Assembly: GCA_903845055.1 (NCBI GenBank)
Contig: CAIMWF010000044.1
Span: 27,419 to 91,418, forward strand
From: an uncultured Bacteroidales bacterium
GTDB lineage: Bacteria > Bacteroidota > Bacteroidia > Bacteroidales > FEN-979
DNA length: 64,000 nt
Reading direction: 5' to 3'
Shown here one piece after another: positions 1-9,338 of the stretch. The translations under genes and the position numbers were made by a program. Each line of letters begins with the position of its first letter. The stretch's first letter is position 1. Below the pieces are notes generated by a model. That model was not told the DNA's origin. It saw only the letters and a program-made list of their open reading frames with translations, and did no database searches.

Positions 1-636
1 GTCGAGGATTACCCGCGAGCGGTTGATCAGGGCGATCTCGTCACAGAGTTCTTCGACCGATGCCATATTGTGCGTGGAGAAGATGATGGTCGCCCCTTTT
101 TCCTTTAATGAAAGGATCTCCTCCTTGAGGAGGTTTGTGTTGATCGGGTCGAAACCGCTGAAAGGTTCGTCGAAGATGAGCAACCGGGGTTCATGGATGA
201 TGGTTACCAGGAACTGCACCTTTTGCTGCATCCCCTTTGAAAGTTCTTCCACCTTTCGACCCCACCAGGCCATGATTTCGAATTTCTCAAACCAGTATTT
301 CAGCCTTTTAACAGCCTCCTGCCGGGTAAGCCCTTTCAGCTGCGCAAGGTAAATGGCCTGGTCGCCCACCGTCATTTTCTTGTACAGCCCGCGTTCTTCG
401 GGGAGGTAGCCGATCATGGCGATATCGTCGTGGGCAAGTGGCCGGTCCATGAACCTGAGTTCCCCCTCGTCGGGTGCGATGATCTGGTTGATGATCCTTA
501 TCAGGGTGGTTTTCCCGGCACCGTTGGGTCCCAGAAGACCGAAGATGCTGTTTTCGGGAACATGGATGCTTACCTTGTCAAGCGCTTTGTGATTTGCGTA
601 TTGTTTGGTTACATCCTTTGCGGAAAAGATATCCAT
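1..636 (-). CDS. ABC transporter ATP-binding protein (N-terminal 212 aa; C-terminus lies beyond the window edge)
   Basis: Reverse translation from CAT at 634-636 gives MDIFSAKDVTKQY...GLLGPNGAGKTT (Walker A), LSKGMQQKV (ABC signature) and LLIFDEPFSGFDP (Walker B). It is absent from the ORF track because it runs off the edge. Confidence 0.85.
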   Translation of the reverse strand, partial: MDIFSAKDVTKQYANHKALDKVSIHVPENSIFGLLGPNGAGKTTLIRIINQIIAPDEGELRFMDRPLAHDDIAMIGYLPEERGLYKKMTVGDQAIYLAQLKGLTRQEAVKRLKYWFEKFEIMAWWGRKVEELSKGMQQKVQFLVTIIHEPRLLIFDEPFSGFDPINTNLLKEEILSLKEKGATIIFSTHNMASVEELCDEIALINRSRVILD

Positions 637-647
637 AAGCGATGGTT

Positions 648-1820
648 TTATTGTTCGAACAGGTCTTTCATCCTGGAAAAGATATTTTTATCCCGTGTCC
701 CCGGCGCGGGCCTGAAATTGTCGGATTTGCCGAGCTTTTCAAGGATTGTTTTTTCTTCTTTCGACAATGCTTTCGGGGTCCACACGATGATGCTGATCAT
801 CAGGTCTCCTTTGCCCTCGTATCCGTTGATACTGGTAAGTCCTTTGCCGCGAAGCCGCAATACCTTTCCGCTTTGTGTACCCGGGTCAATCTTGATCTTC
901 ACTTTTCCCTCGATGGTGGGAATTTCGGCGGTGCTGCCCAGTGCCGCCTCCGAAAAGGTGATATAATGATCATACAACAGGTTGTTGCCATCCCTGCTGA
1001 AGAATTCGTGCTCAATTTCTTCGATCTGGATGAGCAGGTCGCCTGCGATGCCGCTTCGTGCCGCCGCGTTCCCTTTTCCTCCCATCGAAAGCTGCATTCC
1101 CTCCGAAACCCCGGCCGGGATCCTGATGGATATTACCTCCTCGCCCTTGACGACGCCGTTGCCGGCACAATCGGCGCATTTATCGGTGATGATCTGGCCT
1201 TCGCCTCCGCAGTTCGGGCAAACCGCGGTGGTCTGCATCTGCCCGAGGAAGGTGGAGGTTACGCGTGAAACATGACCCGAACCACGGCAGGTGGAACAGG
1301 TTGAATAGGAGCTTCCGCCCTTGGCGCCTGTTCCATTGCAGGTGTTGCAGGAAATATATTTGTTGACTTTTATCTTTTTCTCAACCCCATGGGCTATTTC
1401 CTCCAGGGTGAGTTTGACTTTTACGCGCAGGTTGGACCCGCGGTTGACCGATTTTCCCCGCCGGCCGCCACCGCCACCGCCAAAAAAAGAACTGAATGGA
1501 TCATTTCCCCCTCCGCCGAAGATGTCGCCGAAATGGCTGAAAATGTCCTCCATACTCATCCCGCCTCCGCCATATCCCGAATAGCCACCGCCATTGCCCA
1601 TGCCGGCATGGCCGAACTGGTCGTACCGCTGCCTTTTATTGGGATCGCTCAGGATTTCGTATGCTTCGGCTGCCTCCTTGAATTTTTCTTCAGCCTCCTT
1701 GTTCCCCGAATTTTTGTCGGGGTGGAATTTAATGGCCTGTTTCCTGTAGGCCTTCTTTAATTCTTCAGGCGTGGCTTCCTTGCTGACCTCCAGGATCTCG
1801 TAATAATCTCGTTTAGACAT
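648..1820 (-). CDS. dnaJ: Molecular chaperone DnaJ
   Basis: 390-aa ORF. J-domain [12 protein letters not shown]...HPDKN, a G/F-rich linker, and four CxxCxGxG zinc-finger repeats ([32 protein letters not shown]). Confidence 0.97.
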   Translation of the reverse strand: MSKRDYYEILEVSKEATPEELKKAYRKQAIKFHPDKNSGNKEAEEKFKEAAEAYEILSDPNKRQRYDQFGHAGMGNGGGYSGYGGGGMSMEDIFSHFGDIFGGGGNDPFSSFFGGGGGGRRGKSVNRGSNLRVKVKLTLEEIAHGVEKKIKVNKYISCNTCNGTGAKGGSSYSTCSTCRGSGHVSRVTSTFLGQMQTTAVCPNCGGEGQIITDKCADCAGNGVVKGEEVISIRIPAGVSEGMQLSMGGKGNAAARSGIAGDLLIQIEEIEHEFFSRDGNNLLYDHYITFSEAALGSTAEIPTIEGKVKIKIDPGTQSGKVLRLRGKGLTSINGYEGKGDLMISIIVWTPKALSKEEKTILEKLGKSDNFRPAPGTRDKNIFSRMKDLFEQ

Positions 1821-1829
1821 AGTTCTGTT

Positions 1830-2426
1830 TTAACTTCCAACGACCACCTTTGCGTATCTGATAACCTTTCCGTTCAGAAGGTAACCCCTTTCAACCTCAT
1901 CCACAATTTTTCCTTTTTGTTCGGGTGTTGGGGCAGGGATGTTGGTGATCGCCTCATGAAAATCGGTGTCGAATTTTTCTCCGGCGGTCCTCATGGGTTC
2001 CAGTCCCTGTTGGTTCAGGATGGTTAGAAATTTGTTGAATATCAGGCTTACGCCGTCCTTCAAGGCCTGTCCGGCTTCCGTTGTACTGTCAAAAGCCCTG
2101 ATGGCACGTTCGAAATCATCGAGTACCGGCAACAACCTGATGATGATCTCGGCCGAAGCGTTTTTGCTGAGATCGATCTTTTCTTTCAGGGTACGTTTCC
2201 GGAAATTATCAAAGTCGGAATACAGGCGCAGGTATTTGTCGTTTAAAGCGGCATACTGCTGGTCCGGATCCTGCCCGGAATTTTTCTCTGCAGGGGCGGA
2301 TGCCTGGTCTTCAGGGGGGATGCTGTTCCCAGGAACTGCATTGGTTTCATTCACCTGCGGATCCTGTTCAATCGTCGTATTCTGTTGCATTGGCTTGCTC
2401 TCTTCTTTTTTTCGTTTCCTCATCAT
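1830..2426 (-). CDS. grpE: Nucleotide exchange factor GrpE
   Basis: 198-aa ORF immediately upstream of dnaJ on the same strand. GrpE-like C-terminal region (YLRLYSDFDNFRKR...GYLLNGKVIRYAKVVV). Confidence 0.93.
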   Translation of the reverse strand: MMRKRKKEESKPMQQNTTIEQDPQVNETNAVPGNSIPPEDQASAPAEKNSGQDPDQQYAALNDKYLRLYSDFDNFRKRTLKEKIDLSKNASAEIIIRLLPVLDDFERAIRAFDSTTEAGQALKDGVSLIFNKFLTILNQQGLEPMRTAGEKFDTDFHEAITNIPAPTPEQKGKIVDEVERGYLLNGKVIRYAKVVVGS

Positions 2427-2499
2427 AACAATAGTATTCGGTCGATTACCGGTTTGAGATTATCAAAAAACCTGCCAATGGATGATTCAGGACAAAATG

Positions 2500-3810
2500 T
2501 CAGCTATCGGTCCGGCGTATCCCGGCGCCAAGGTTCCGAAGGCGGAGGTCGATCTCCTGGTAACCCCGGTCGATCTGCTCGATGTTATCGATGATACTCG
2601 TACCGTCGGCAGTGAGGGCGGCGATCAGGAGGGCGACACCGGCGCGGATATCGGGAGACGACATGCGGATTCCCCGCAGGTGGTGCTTGTGGTCGAGGCC
2701 GATGACGGTTGCGCGGTGCGGGTCGCAAAGGATGATCTTGGCTCCCATGTCGATGAGCTTGTCAACGAAGAACAGCCTGCTTTCAAACATCTTCTGGTGG
2801 ATCAGCACGCTTCCGTTCGCCTGTGTGGCGATCACCAGGACAATGCTGATCAGGTCGGGGGTAAAACCGGGCCAGGGGGCATCGGCTATGGTCATGATGG
2901 AACCGTCCATGAAGGTTTCAACTTCGTAGTGTTCCTGGGCGGGGATGTACAGGTCATCCTCACGTTTTTCCATCCGGATGCCCATGCGCCTGAATACATC
3001 CGGAATAAGACCCAGGTGCTCGTAGTTTACATTTTTGATGGTAATCTCCGACCCGGTCATGGCTGCAAGGCCGATGAAACTGCCGATCTCGATCATGTCG
3101 GACAAAAGGGTGTGTTCACATCCCCCAAGTTGTTTGACCCCGGTAATGGTAAGCAGGTTGGAGCCAATTCCACTGATGATGGCCCCCATGGAGACCAGCA
3201 TCCTGCATAATTGCGAAATATAGGGCTCACAGGCCGCGTTGAAAATGGTAGTGGTACCTTCGGCCATTACGGCAGCCATAACGATATTGGCGGTGCCGGT
3301 TACCGATGCCTCGTCAAGCAGCATGTAGGCCCCGGTGAGACGGGTGGCGGTTACACTGAAAAGCTGTTCCTGCGAGTGGTATTCAAAGGTGGCTCCCAGT
3401 TTCTGGAGCCCGATGAAATGGGTGTCGAGGCGCCGGCGGCCGATTTTATCACCACCGGGAATAAAAACGAATCCCCGTCCATAGCGCGCCAGCATGGGGC
3501 CCAGGATCATGATTGAACCGCGAAGGCTGCCGACTTTATCGCGAAAATCGCGGGTCTTCAGGTATTCGAAATCGATCTCCTTCGCCTTAAAAGTGCAGGA
3601 GGAATCTCCTGACCGGGTTACAATGACCCCGAGGGCTTCGAGAAGCTCGATTAGTTTGTTTACATCACGGATATTGGGGATGTTGTGAATGGTTACTTTT
3701 TCCGGAGTCAGGAGGCATGCGCAGATGACCTGTAAAGCCTCATTTTTGGCACCCTGGGGGGTTATTTCGCCGTGTAATTTCCTGCCTCCGGTGATTTCAA
3801 AGGAACTCAT
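2500..3810 (-). CDS. murA: UDP-N-acetylglucosamine 1-carboxyvinyltransferase
   Basis: 436-aa ORF. N-terminus MSSFEITGGRKLHGEITPQGAKNEAL and full-length EPSP-synthase/MurA-like fold signature. Confidence 0.95.
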   Translation of the reverse strand: MSSFEITGGRKLHGEITPQGAKNEALQVICACLLTPEKVTIHNIPNIRDVNKLIELLEALGVIVTRSGDSSCTFKAKEIDFEYLKTRDFRDKVGSLRGSIMILGPMLARYGRGFVFIPGGDKIGRRRLDTHFIGLQKLGATFEYHSQEQLFSVTATRLTGAYMLLDEASVTGTANIVMAAVMAEGTTTIFNAACEPYISQLCRMLVSMGAIISGIGSNLLTITGVKQLGGCEHTLLSDMIEIGSFIGLAAMTGSEITIKNVNYEHLGLIPDVFRRMGIRMEKREDDLYIPAQEHYEVETFMDGSIMTIADAPWPGFTPDLISIVLVIATQANGSVLIHQKMFESRLFFVDKLIDMGAKIILCDPHRATVIGLDHKHHLRGIRMSSPDIRAGVALLIAALTADGTSIIDNIEQIDRGYQEIDLRLRNLGAGIRRTDS

Positions 3811-4493
3811 TGGGGTTTATTCCGGCCACGCTGGTTGTTGCTGAAATTCGGTTTGGGGAATGTTGCCGGCATCTGTTTGTTGAAATTCCGGTCCGGCCCG
3901 GTCCTGAAAGGTTTTCTCTTCTGGTTCTGCGCAAGAATGTCGTTGGTATGGGTAAACCTGAACGACTGATTCAGTTTGAGCTGATCCTTTGAAAGGATGG
4001 CAAGGTGTTTCTCGATGAGTTCATCGGCCACCGATTCACGGTTCCAGTTCAGGTATGACTTTTTCATGTGGTTCGCAATGGCGTTCACCAGTGCGTCCTT
4101 TTCGATCCCATCTTCATATTCGGCCGCTTTTTCGATCATCAGGGCGATGTTTTTGCCGTAATGCTTGAATTCGATCTCCTTGTCATGGTAAGAGAGATGC
4201 TCAGGTTTCGTGCTGAGCGACAGGGGGGGCGGGGGGGGGTACGGGGCATCCACATCCAGTTTGAAATCGGCGATGATAAAGAGGTGGTCCCACAATTTAT
4301 GCTTGTAATCACCCGACTCTTTTACCGATGGGTTGAGTTGTCCCATGACATTAATGATGAATTTTGCACCCTTGTTCCGTTTTTCACGGTCCTCGATGGT
4401 GCAGCAATATTTGATCATCCGCTGGACGTTCCGGCCATACTCGGGTATAAACATCAGCTCGCGCGTGGTGTTGTATTCTATTTGTTCGTTCAC
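3807..4493 (-). CDS. DUF4290 domain-containing protein
   Basis: The ORF overlaps the murA start by 4 nt, and DUF4290-murA is a typical Bacteroidota pair. It contains EYNTTRELMFIPEYGRNVQRM. The ATG at 4517 lies upstream of a TATCTTTG -7 box (4507-4514), so a GTG start at 4493 (VNEQIEYN) is preferred. The maximal ORF is 3807-4517. Confidence 0.8.
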   Translation of the reverse strand: MNEQIEYNTTRELMFIPEYGRNVQRMIKYCCTIEDREKRNKGAKFIINVMGQLNPSVKESGDYKHKLWDHLFIIADFKLDVDAPYPPPPPLSLSTKPEHLSYHDKEIEFKHYGKNIALMIEKAAEYEDGIEKDALVNAIANHMKKSYLNWNRESVADELIEKHLAILSKDQLKLNQSFRFTHTNDILAQNQKRKPFRTGPDRNFNKQMPATFPKPNFSNNQRGRNKPQ

Positions 4494-4506
4494 GTGTAAT
4501 TTTTTG

Positions 4507-4514
4507 CAAAGATA
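4507..4514 (-). promoter_or_regulatory. Bacteroidota sigma-A -7 box (TATCTTTG) for the DUF4290-murA unit
   Basis: The reverse complement of caaagata matches the TAnnTTTG consensus, 13 nt upstream of the proposed GTG start. Confidence 0.5.
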
Positions 4515-4543
4515 CAATAAATGGTCTGATTTGTAATCCTGAT

Positions 4544-4571
4544 TTACGAATTACGAATTACGAATTACGAT
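4544..4571. repeat. Heptamer tandem array (TTACGAA) x about 3.9
   Basis: Direct reading: ttacgaa ttacgaa ttacgaa ttacgat, in the DUF4290/helicase spacer. Confidence 0.9.
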
Positions 4572-4622
4572 TTATGGGTAAATGCCATGCCGGGCTGACC
4601 AATTATAACCGGCTCAGCCGTG

Positions 4623-6944
4623 CTAGTTGACAATCCGCAGTTTGGCAAAACGCAGGAGCAACTGTTTCTGCCCGATGGCCGGGAAGAACACGGTTGCTTT
4701 TTTATTGGGTCCTACACCTTCAATGTTAACAACCTTCCCCTGCCCGAACCTTTCGTGCACTACCTCCATCCCCGTGCGGATCTCCTCCACCTCCGAAGGG
4801 GGACCTTCCGGCGGGGGGGCGGCTTGTGGCACGGGTGGCTGTGCAACTTTCCTGAAGTTGCCGGGCAATACCACCTTCTTTTCCGGCATTTTCACCCCGG
4901 GCAGCGAGACCGACCAGTTGTTGTCCATCGAAAATCCCTGCCTGCCGGTATGCAGTTTTTTCGGAAGATCCATATAGGCCTCGGGAATTTCGCTGATAAA
5001 CCTGCTGGGTTCGCACATGGTGGGCGTTCCCCACTTGTAGCGGTTTTCGGCATAGGAGAGGGTCAGTTTCTGCTGCGCACGGGTCACTGCAACATAAAAA
5101 AGTCGTCGTTCCTCTTCCAGGTCGCTGCGGGCGTTCAGCGACTGGCTGGAAGGGAAGAGGTTTTCCTCCATCCCAACCACATAGACATATGGAAATTCAA
5201 GTCCCTTGGCTGCATGAACCGTCATCAGGGTGACCCGGTCGAGGTCGTCGGGATTCCCTTTGTCGGCATCGGTGAGCAATGCGATGTCCTGCATGAATTC
5301 ATCGAGCGTGCGGACAACGTTTGGCTCGATCTCCCCGGTTTCAATGTTGGTCCGCGGCGATTCGGAGAACTCCTTGATGGCGTTCAGCAATTCTTCCAGG
5401 TTCTCGAAGCGGCTCACGCCCTCCGGTGTCTTGTCATCGTAAAGTTCTTTCATCAGTCCTGAAGAGCCTGCGATGTGCTTTGCCAGTTCATAGGCGTTTT
5501 TAGCGTAGAGCAGGGCTGAGAAACTTTTGATCATCGTTGCAAAACCATTAACCTTCTGGAAGGCCCCTTCTGGCAGCTTCATGGTATTGGTTCCCGGGTC
5601 TTCGATGAGTTCGAAGACGCCCTTTTTCTGCTCATCCGCGGTAACGAGAAGTTTTTCCATGGTTGTTTTGCCGATCCCCCTCGCCGGGAAATTGATCACG
5701 CGCAGCAACGCATCCTCGTCACGGTTGTTGATCGAAAGGCGGAAATAGGACAGCAGGTCCTTGACCTCTTTCCGCTGGTAAAAGGAAACCCCGCCATAGA
5801 TCCGGCAGGGGATGTTGAGCCGGCGAAGCGCCTCTTCATGTGCGCGTGATTGCGAGTTGGTGCGGTAGAGGATGGCGAAGGCGGCATTCTGCAACTGTTT
5901 GTTCATCTTGTTTTCGAAGATCGACTGGGCGACCAGGTTGGCCTCTTCGTTGTCGGTGGCGGCTTTGATCAGCTGGATGCGCTGGCCCTCTTCGTTTTCG
6001 GTCCAGATCTCCTTGAAAAGCTGGTTCTTGTTGTTTTCAATGATCTTGTTGGCAGCATTCACAATGGTTTTGGTTGAACGGTAGTTTTGTTCCAGCTTGA
6101 ATACCTGGTGATCGGGATAGTCGCTCCTGAAATTCAGGATGTTCTGGATGTTGGCGCCGCGGAAGGCATAGATGCTTTGCGCGTCGTCGCCTACTACATA
6201 TATATTCTCGTTGTTGGCCGAAAGTTTTTTGATGATGAGGTACTGGGCGTAATTCGTATCCTGGTATTCATCCACGAGGATGTACTGGAATTTCTGCTGG
6301 TATTTGTAAAGGATGTCGGGGAAATCGCGCAGCAGGATGTTCATGTTGAATAAAAGATCGTCGAAATCCATCGCCGAAGCGCGCCTGAGCCGCGCCTGGT
6401 ACTGGGTGTACAATTGCCCGGTGAGTGGTTTGCCCGCCGAGATGTCGTATTCGCGCAACTCGGTATTGGCGTTGTATTCCTGGGGGGAAAGAAGGCTGGT
6501 TTTTGCACTGGAAATCCGGTGGAGGATATACCCTGGCAGGTAAACCTTATCGTCCAGGTTGTTTTCCTTGAGGAGGTTTTTGATCAGTCGTTTGGTATCG
6601 TCGGTATCATATATGGTGTAGTTTGAAGGGTACCCGAGCAGGTGGCCGTCAATCCGGAGCACCCTGGCGAAGACCGAGTGAAAGGTTCCCATCCAGACAT
6701 TCTGGGCTTCGGTGCCCACAAGGTGGATGATGCGTTCCTTCATCTCCCTGGCCGCCTTGTTGGTAAAGGTAAGGGCCAGGATGTGGAATGGGTCGACCCC
6801 CTTGTCGACAAGATAGGCCACCCTGCAGGTAAGGGCCCTGGTCTTTCCCGAACCCGCGCCGGCGATCACCATGACAGGACCTTCGGTGGCCTGCACTGCC
6901 GCCCGCTGGGCCTCGTTCAATCCTTTGAGAATATTTTCAGACAT
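4623..6944 (-). CDS. UvrD/PcrA/Rep-family ATP-dependent DNA helicase
   Basis: 773-aa ORF. Walker A AGAGSGKT, motifs TFHSxF, VDEYQDTN, VGDDAQSIYAFRGA and QNYRST. C-terminal Tudor-like tail (GMEVVHERFGQGKVV). Confidence 0.95.
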   Translation of the reverse strand: MSENILKGLNEAQRAAVQATEGPVMVIAGAGSGKTRALTCRVAYLVDKGVDPFHILALTFTNKAAREMKERIIHLVGTEAQNVWMGTFHSVFARVLRIDGHLLGYPSNYTIYDTDDTKRLIKNLLKENNLDDKVYLPGYILHRISSAKTSLLSPQEYNANTELREYDISAGKPLTGQLYTQYQARLRRASAMDFDDLLFNMNILLRDFPDILYKYQQKFQYILVDEYQDTNYAQYLIIKKLSANNENIYVVGDDAQSIYAFRGANIQNILNFRSDYPDHQVFKLEQNYRSTKTIVNAANKIIENNKNQLFKEIWTENEEGQRIQLIKAATDNEEANLVAQSIFENKMNKQLQNAAFAILYRTNSQSRAHEEALRRLNIPCRIYGGVSFYQRKEVKDLLSYFRLSINNRDEDALLRVINFPARGIGKTTMEKLLVTADEQKKGVFELIEDPGTNTMKLPEGAFQKVNGFATMIKSFSALLYAKNAYELAKHIAGSSGLMKELYDDKTPEGVSRFENLEELLNAIKEFSESPRTNIETGEIEPNVVRTLDEFMQDIALLTDADKGNPDDLDRVTLMTVHAAKGLEFPYVYVVGMEENLFPSSQSLNARSDLEEERRLFYVAVTRAQQKLTLSYAENRYKWGTPTMCEPSRFISEIPEAYMDLPKKLHTGRQGFSMDNNWSVSLPGVKMPEKKVVLPGNFRKVAQPPVPQAAPPPEGPPSEVEEIRTGMEVVHERFGQGKVVNIEGVGPNKKATVFFPAIGQKQLLLRFAKLRIVN

Positions 6945-7060
6945 GATTTGATTTAAAGGGCAAAATTAACAGATATCGGGGTAGCTCCGTAAGATGCCGG
7001 CCCAAGGTTATTAACATCCGAAGAAAAACCACTGGGGAATGGGCTGAATTTCGTGGAGTG

Positions 7061-7681
7061 TCACCTCTTGAAACTTACATGATACTCCGTCAGATACTGC
7101 TTGAAAATGGTGTCGTTCGTAGTGGTATCGATCACATACGATTCAACGAGGCCGACATTCTTCCTGTAGTATTTCCAGTACACCTTGTTGTTAATGCTTT
7201 GCCATGCAATAAGGTCCTTCCCTTTCAATACGAGAACCGAATCGTTGCGCAGGTCAACCCCTTTGCTGATCACATCCCATCGTGTATAACTCACGTTGTA
7301 TTTCCTGACCTCCGGCCAGTTGAACCGATCCCCCGGTTGCTCGGACAGGAAGGGGGCCAACCAGCACTGTATGGCTGTGACGCACACCATTTGCCTGTAT
7401 CCGTATATGGCCACGCCGTTGAGGAATGGGACAAGTTTGTAGTCCGAATATGTATTTTGAGCTGTCGCATAACGGTCAGGATGGTAGTCGGCTGAAGTGG
7501 TCCAGTCAGCAGGGACCGTGTCAGCTGTTGTAAAATCAACCTGTTTGTAATGCCAGTAAGAGCCGGGATAGACCGGGAAATAGGAACCCGGGTAAACCTT
7601 CGGGTATTCGCTCTGTTTTTTGCAGGAAGCGGCCGCGAAGACAAGGAGCAACAGCATCAGGTGTCTTAAGGGTGGCTTCAT
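7061..7681 (-). CDS. Hypothetical lipoprotein
   Basis: 206-aa ORF with a signal peptide and lipobox (MKPPLRHLMLLLLVFAAASCKK). No family recognised. Confidence 0.6.
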   Translation of the reverse strand: MKPPLRHLMLLLLVFAAASCKKQSEYPKVYPGSYFPVYPGSYWHYKQVDFTTADTVPADWTTSADYHPDRYATAQNTYSDYKLVPFLNGVAIYGYRQMVCVTAIQCWLAPFLSEQPGDRFNWPEVRKYNVSYTRWDVISKGVDLRNDSVLVLKGKDLIAWQSINNKVYWKYYRKNVGLVESYVIDTTTNDTIFKQYLTEYHVSFKR

Positions 7682-7789
7682 GGCATGGAGGGGTTTAAAT
7701 CAGTTCCGCACCTGCGAAGGTACAATTTATTGCTGATTATACAGTATCCCGGGGATCGGTTGGTTACTGTTTAATTCGGTTGAAATAAA

Positions 7790-7797
7790 TATCTTTG
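7790..7797 (+). promoter_or_regulatory. -7 box TATCTTTG, 4 nt upstream of the methyltransferase ATG (possible leaderless mRNA)
   Basis: Matches TAnnTTTG. The ATG at 7802 is the only in-frame Met for more than 100 codons. Confidence 0.4.
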
Positions 7798-7801
7798 CCA
7801 C

Positions 7802-8551
7802 ATGCTTTTCATCCTGCCCATATCCCTGTTCACGCTTGCCAATGTGCTCCTGGTGCTGACCCTCGCGGTGTTGTTTACCCGCTACCTCTGGATCGTCTGG
7901 TTAAGCAGGAGGGACACCCCGGTTTCATGGGTCCAGGCTTTAAAGGAGGGGCAGGTTAGTCCCAGGGTGAAGAAATTATTCCAACGGTACCCTGACCGGC
8001 AGCGCTTCATCGCATGGTGGCTCCAGGTCGAACGGCTGAAGCGGGAGCTGGTCCCCGGGGATTTTGTTGAACTTGGTGTCTACAAGGGAGATAGTGCGGC
8101 GGTGCTGCACGCCATGGACACCGGGAGGACCCTGCACCTCTTCGATACCTTCTCGGGCTTTACAGCCGCCGACCTGACGGTTGAAACCGGCGAGGCGGCG
8201 ACCTATACGCCCGACAATTTTGCGGACACCAGTGTTGAATCAGTCCTGGAAAAAATAGGCGGGAACAACAATATCATCATATACAAAGGATTGCTCCCCG
8301 AAACCGCTGCCGGTTTCCATTCGAAGGTGGCGTTGGTCAATATGGACCTTGATCTGTACAATCCAACCAGGGCAGGACTTGAAATCTATTATCCCCTGTT
8401 ATCCCCTGGCGGAGTCATCATGATACACGATTACAATAATAAATGGCCTGGGCTGATCCGTGCCGTTGATGAGTTTGTGAAATCCATCCCTGAAAACCTG
8501 GTTCATTTCCCCGATCGTGACGGGACAGTGATGATTATCAGGAACAAATAA
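7802..8551 (+). CDS. TylF/MycF-family (macrocin O-methyltransferase-like) class I SAM methyltransferase with an N-terminal TM helix
   Basis: 249-aa ORF. GDFVELGVYKGDSAAVLH (SAM-binding loop), MDLDLYNPT and GGVIMIHDY are typical of the TylF family. Confidence 0.75.
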   Translation: MLFILPISLFTLANVLLVLTLAVLFTRYLWIVWLSRRDTPVSWVQALKEGQVSPRVKKLFQRYPDRQRFIAWWLQVERLKRELVPGDFVELGVYKGDSAAVLHAMDTGRTLHLFDTFSGFTAADLTVETGEAATYTPDNFADTSVESVLEKIGGNNNIIIYKGLLPETAAGFHSKVALVNMDLDLYNPTRAGLEIYYPLLSPGGVIMIHDYNNKWPGLIRAVDEFVKSIPENLVHFPDRDGTVMIIRNK

Positions 8552-8598
8552 TTTTTCATTTTTTTTCACCATTTCCTTGTTTGGGTCAAAATTAATTT

Positions 8599-8606
8599 TA
8601 CCTTTG
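8599..8606 (+). promoter_or_regulatory. -7 box TACCTTTG (distal promoter upstream of rpsL)
   Basis: Matches TAnnTTTG, with a TTTG at 8580-8583 upstream. Confidence 0.45.
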
Positions 8607-8612
8607 CACCCT

Positions 8613-8736
8613 CGAAAACCATATTATGTTTTCGATTGAATTAAAAGCCGGAAACGGCAAGGAAACCTGATAAGGTGAGACAACTATAGGTTTCAATCAC
8701 AATCAAACGACGATTGTGGTGGAAAGTCTCGCGAGA
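8613..8736 (+). other. Densely structured leader or candidate small RNA (five consecutive perfect short hairpins)
   Basis: CGAAAAC/GTTTTCG (8613-8634), GCCG-gaaa-CGGC (8647-8658), GAAACCT/AGGTTTC (8662-8694), CACAATC/GATTGTG (8698-8718), and palindrome TCTCGCGAGA (8727-8736). Confidence 0.35.
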
Positions 8737-8841
8737 TTCAACCCTTCCTTATTTTTCCCGGCCCACTGATTCAGGGACCATTCCCACCAAGCGTACGATT
8801 AAAGTTTTTCTCTTTATTGTTGGTAGTGTAAAATTTATTTG

Positions 8842-8849
8842 TACTTTTG
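8842..8849 (+). promoter_or_regulatory. -7 box TACTTTTG (proximal rpsL promoter)
   Basis: Matches TAnnTTTG, 50 nt upstream of the rpsL ATG. Confidence 0.45.
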
Positions 8850-8898
8850 CACTCCCGTTTTGGGGAAATTTTGTATTAAAGTTTTTAAAACCATTGAT

Positions 8899-9285
8899 AT
8901 GCCTACGATTTCGCAACTGGTTCGAAAAGGAAGAAAAAAATTAGTGGATAAGAGTAAGTCACCTGCACTGGATTCCTGTCCCCAGCGCCGTGGCGTTTGT
9001 GTTCGTGTATATACCACGACACCCAAAAAGCCAAATTCGGCCATGCGTAAGGTAGCCAGGGTGCGTCTCACCAACGGGAAAGAGGTAAACGCCTACATTC
9101 CCGGCGAAGGTCACAACCTGCAGGAGCACTCGATCGTGATGATCCGTGGCGGTCGTGTAAAGGATCTTCCCGGTGTTCGTTACCATATCATCCGCGGTGC
9201 GCTTGATACGTCAGGTGTAGAAGGCCGCAAGCAGCGCAGGAGCAAATACGGCGCAAAACGTCCCAAAGATAAAAAAGCAAAATAA
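8899..9285 (+). CDS. rpsL: 30S ribosomal protein S12
   Basis: [14 protein letters not shown]... The conserved S12 N-terminus starts at the internal ATG 8899 of ORF 8839-9285. Confidence 0.97.
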   Translation: MPTISQLVRKGRKKLVDKSKSPALDSCPQRRGVCVRVYTTTPKKPNSAMRKVARVRLTNGKEVNAYIPGEGHNLQEHSIVMIRGGRVKDLPGVRYHIIRGALDTSGVEGRKQRRSKYGAKRPKDKKAK

Positions 9286-9307
9286 TCGTATAAGAGAAGG
9301 TAAAGTT

Positions 9308-9319
9308 GCATTGCAATGC
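9308..9319. repeat. Perfect 12-nt palindrome GCATTGCAATGC (rpsL-rpsG spacer)
   Basis: Read directly. Member of the CGCA..TGCG palindrome family (see findings). Confidence 0.8.
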
Positions 9320-9338
9320 GCCGAAAATAATAAAGCCC

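Noticed and set aside
642-1268. 208-aa + strand ORF, along with 982-1275, 1321-1584 and 1389-1760
   Set aside because: These are antisense shadows of dnaJ. The translations are low-complexity and Pro/Gly-biased with no recognisable motif, while the minus-strand frame encodes an unmistakable DnaJ.
4620-5462. 280-aa + strand ORF opposite the helicase gene
   Set aside because: It is a mirror-frame ORF inside a well-supported 773-aa UvrD-like CDS, with no motifs. The same reasoning applies to 2482-3210 (murA), 13294-13920 and 14846-15481 (ribosomal genes) and 23143-23796 (map). It also applies to 39019-39648 (peptidase), 42621-43352 (kinase), 44703-45434 (ABC-F), 54749-55453 (kinase), and 59488-60162 and 60325-60930 (rhomboid).
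8613-8736. Identity as RNase P RNA, SRP RNA or 6S RNA
   Set aside because: GGAAAGTC and CCGGAAAC superficially recall RNase P and SRP motifs. However, the region is too short and lacks the full conserved cores (GAGGAAAGUCCGGGC, or the GGAAG...AGCA domain-IV symmetric loop). It is left as an unclassified structured region.
8714-9074. ORFs 8714-8944 (+) and 8835-9074 (-) around the rpsL start
   Set aside because: They span promoter and leader sequence or are antisense to rpsL, and their translations show no family features.
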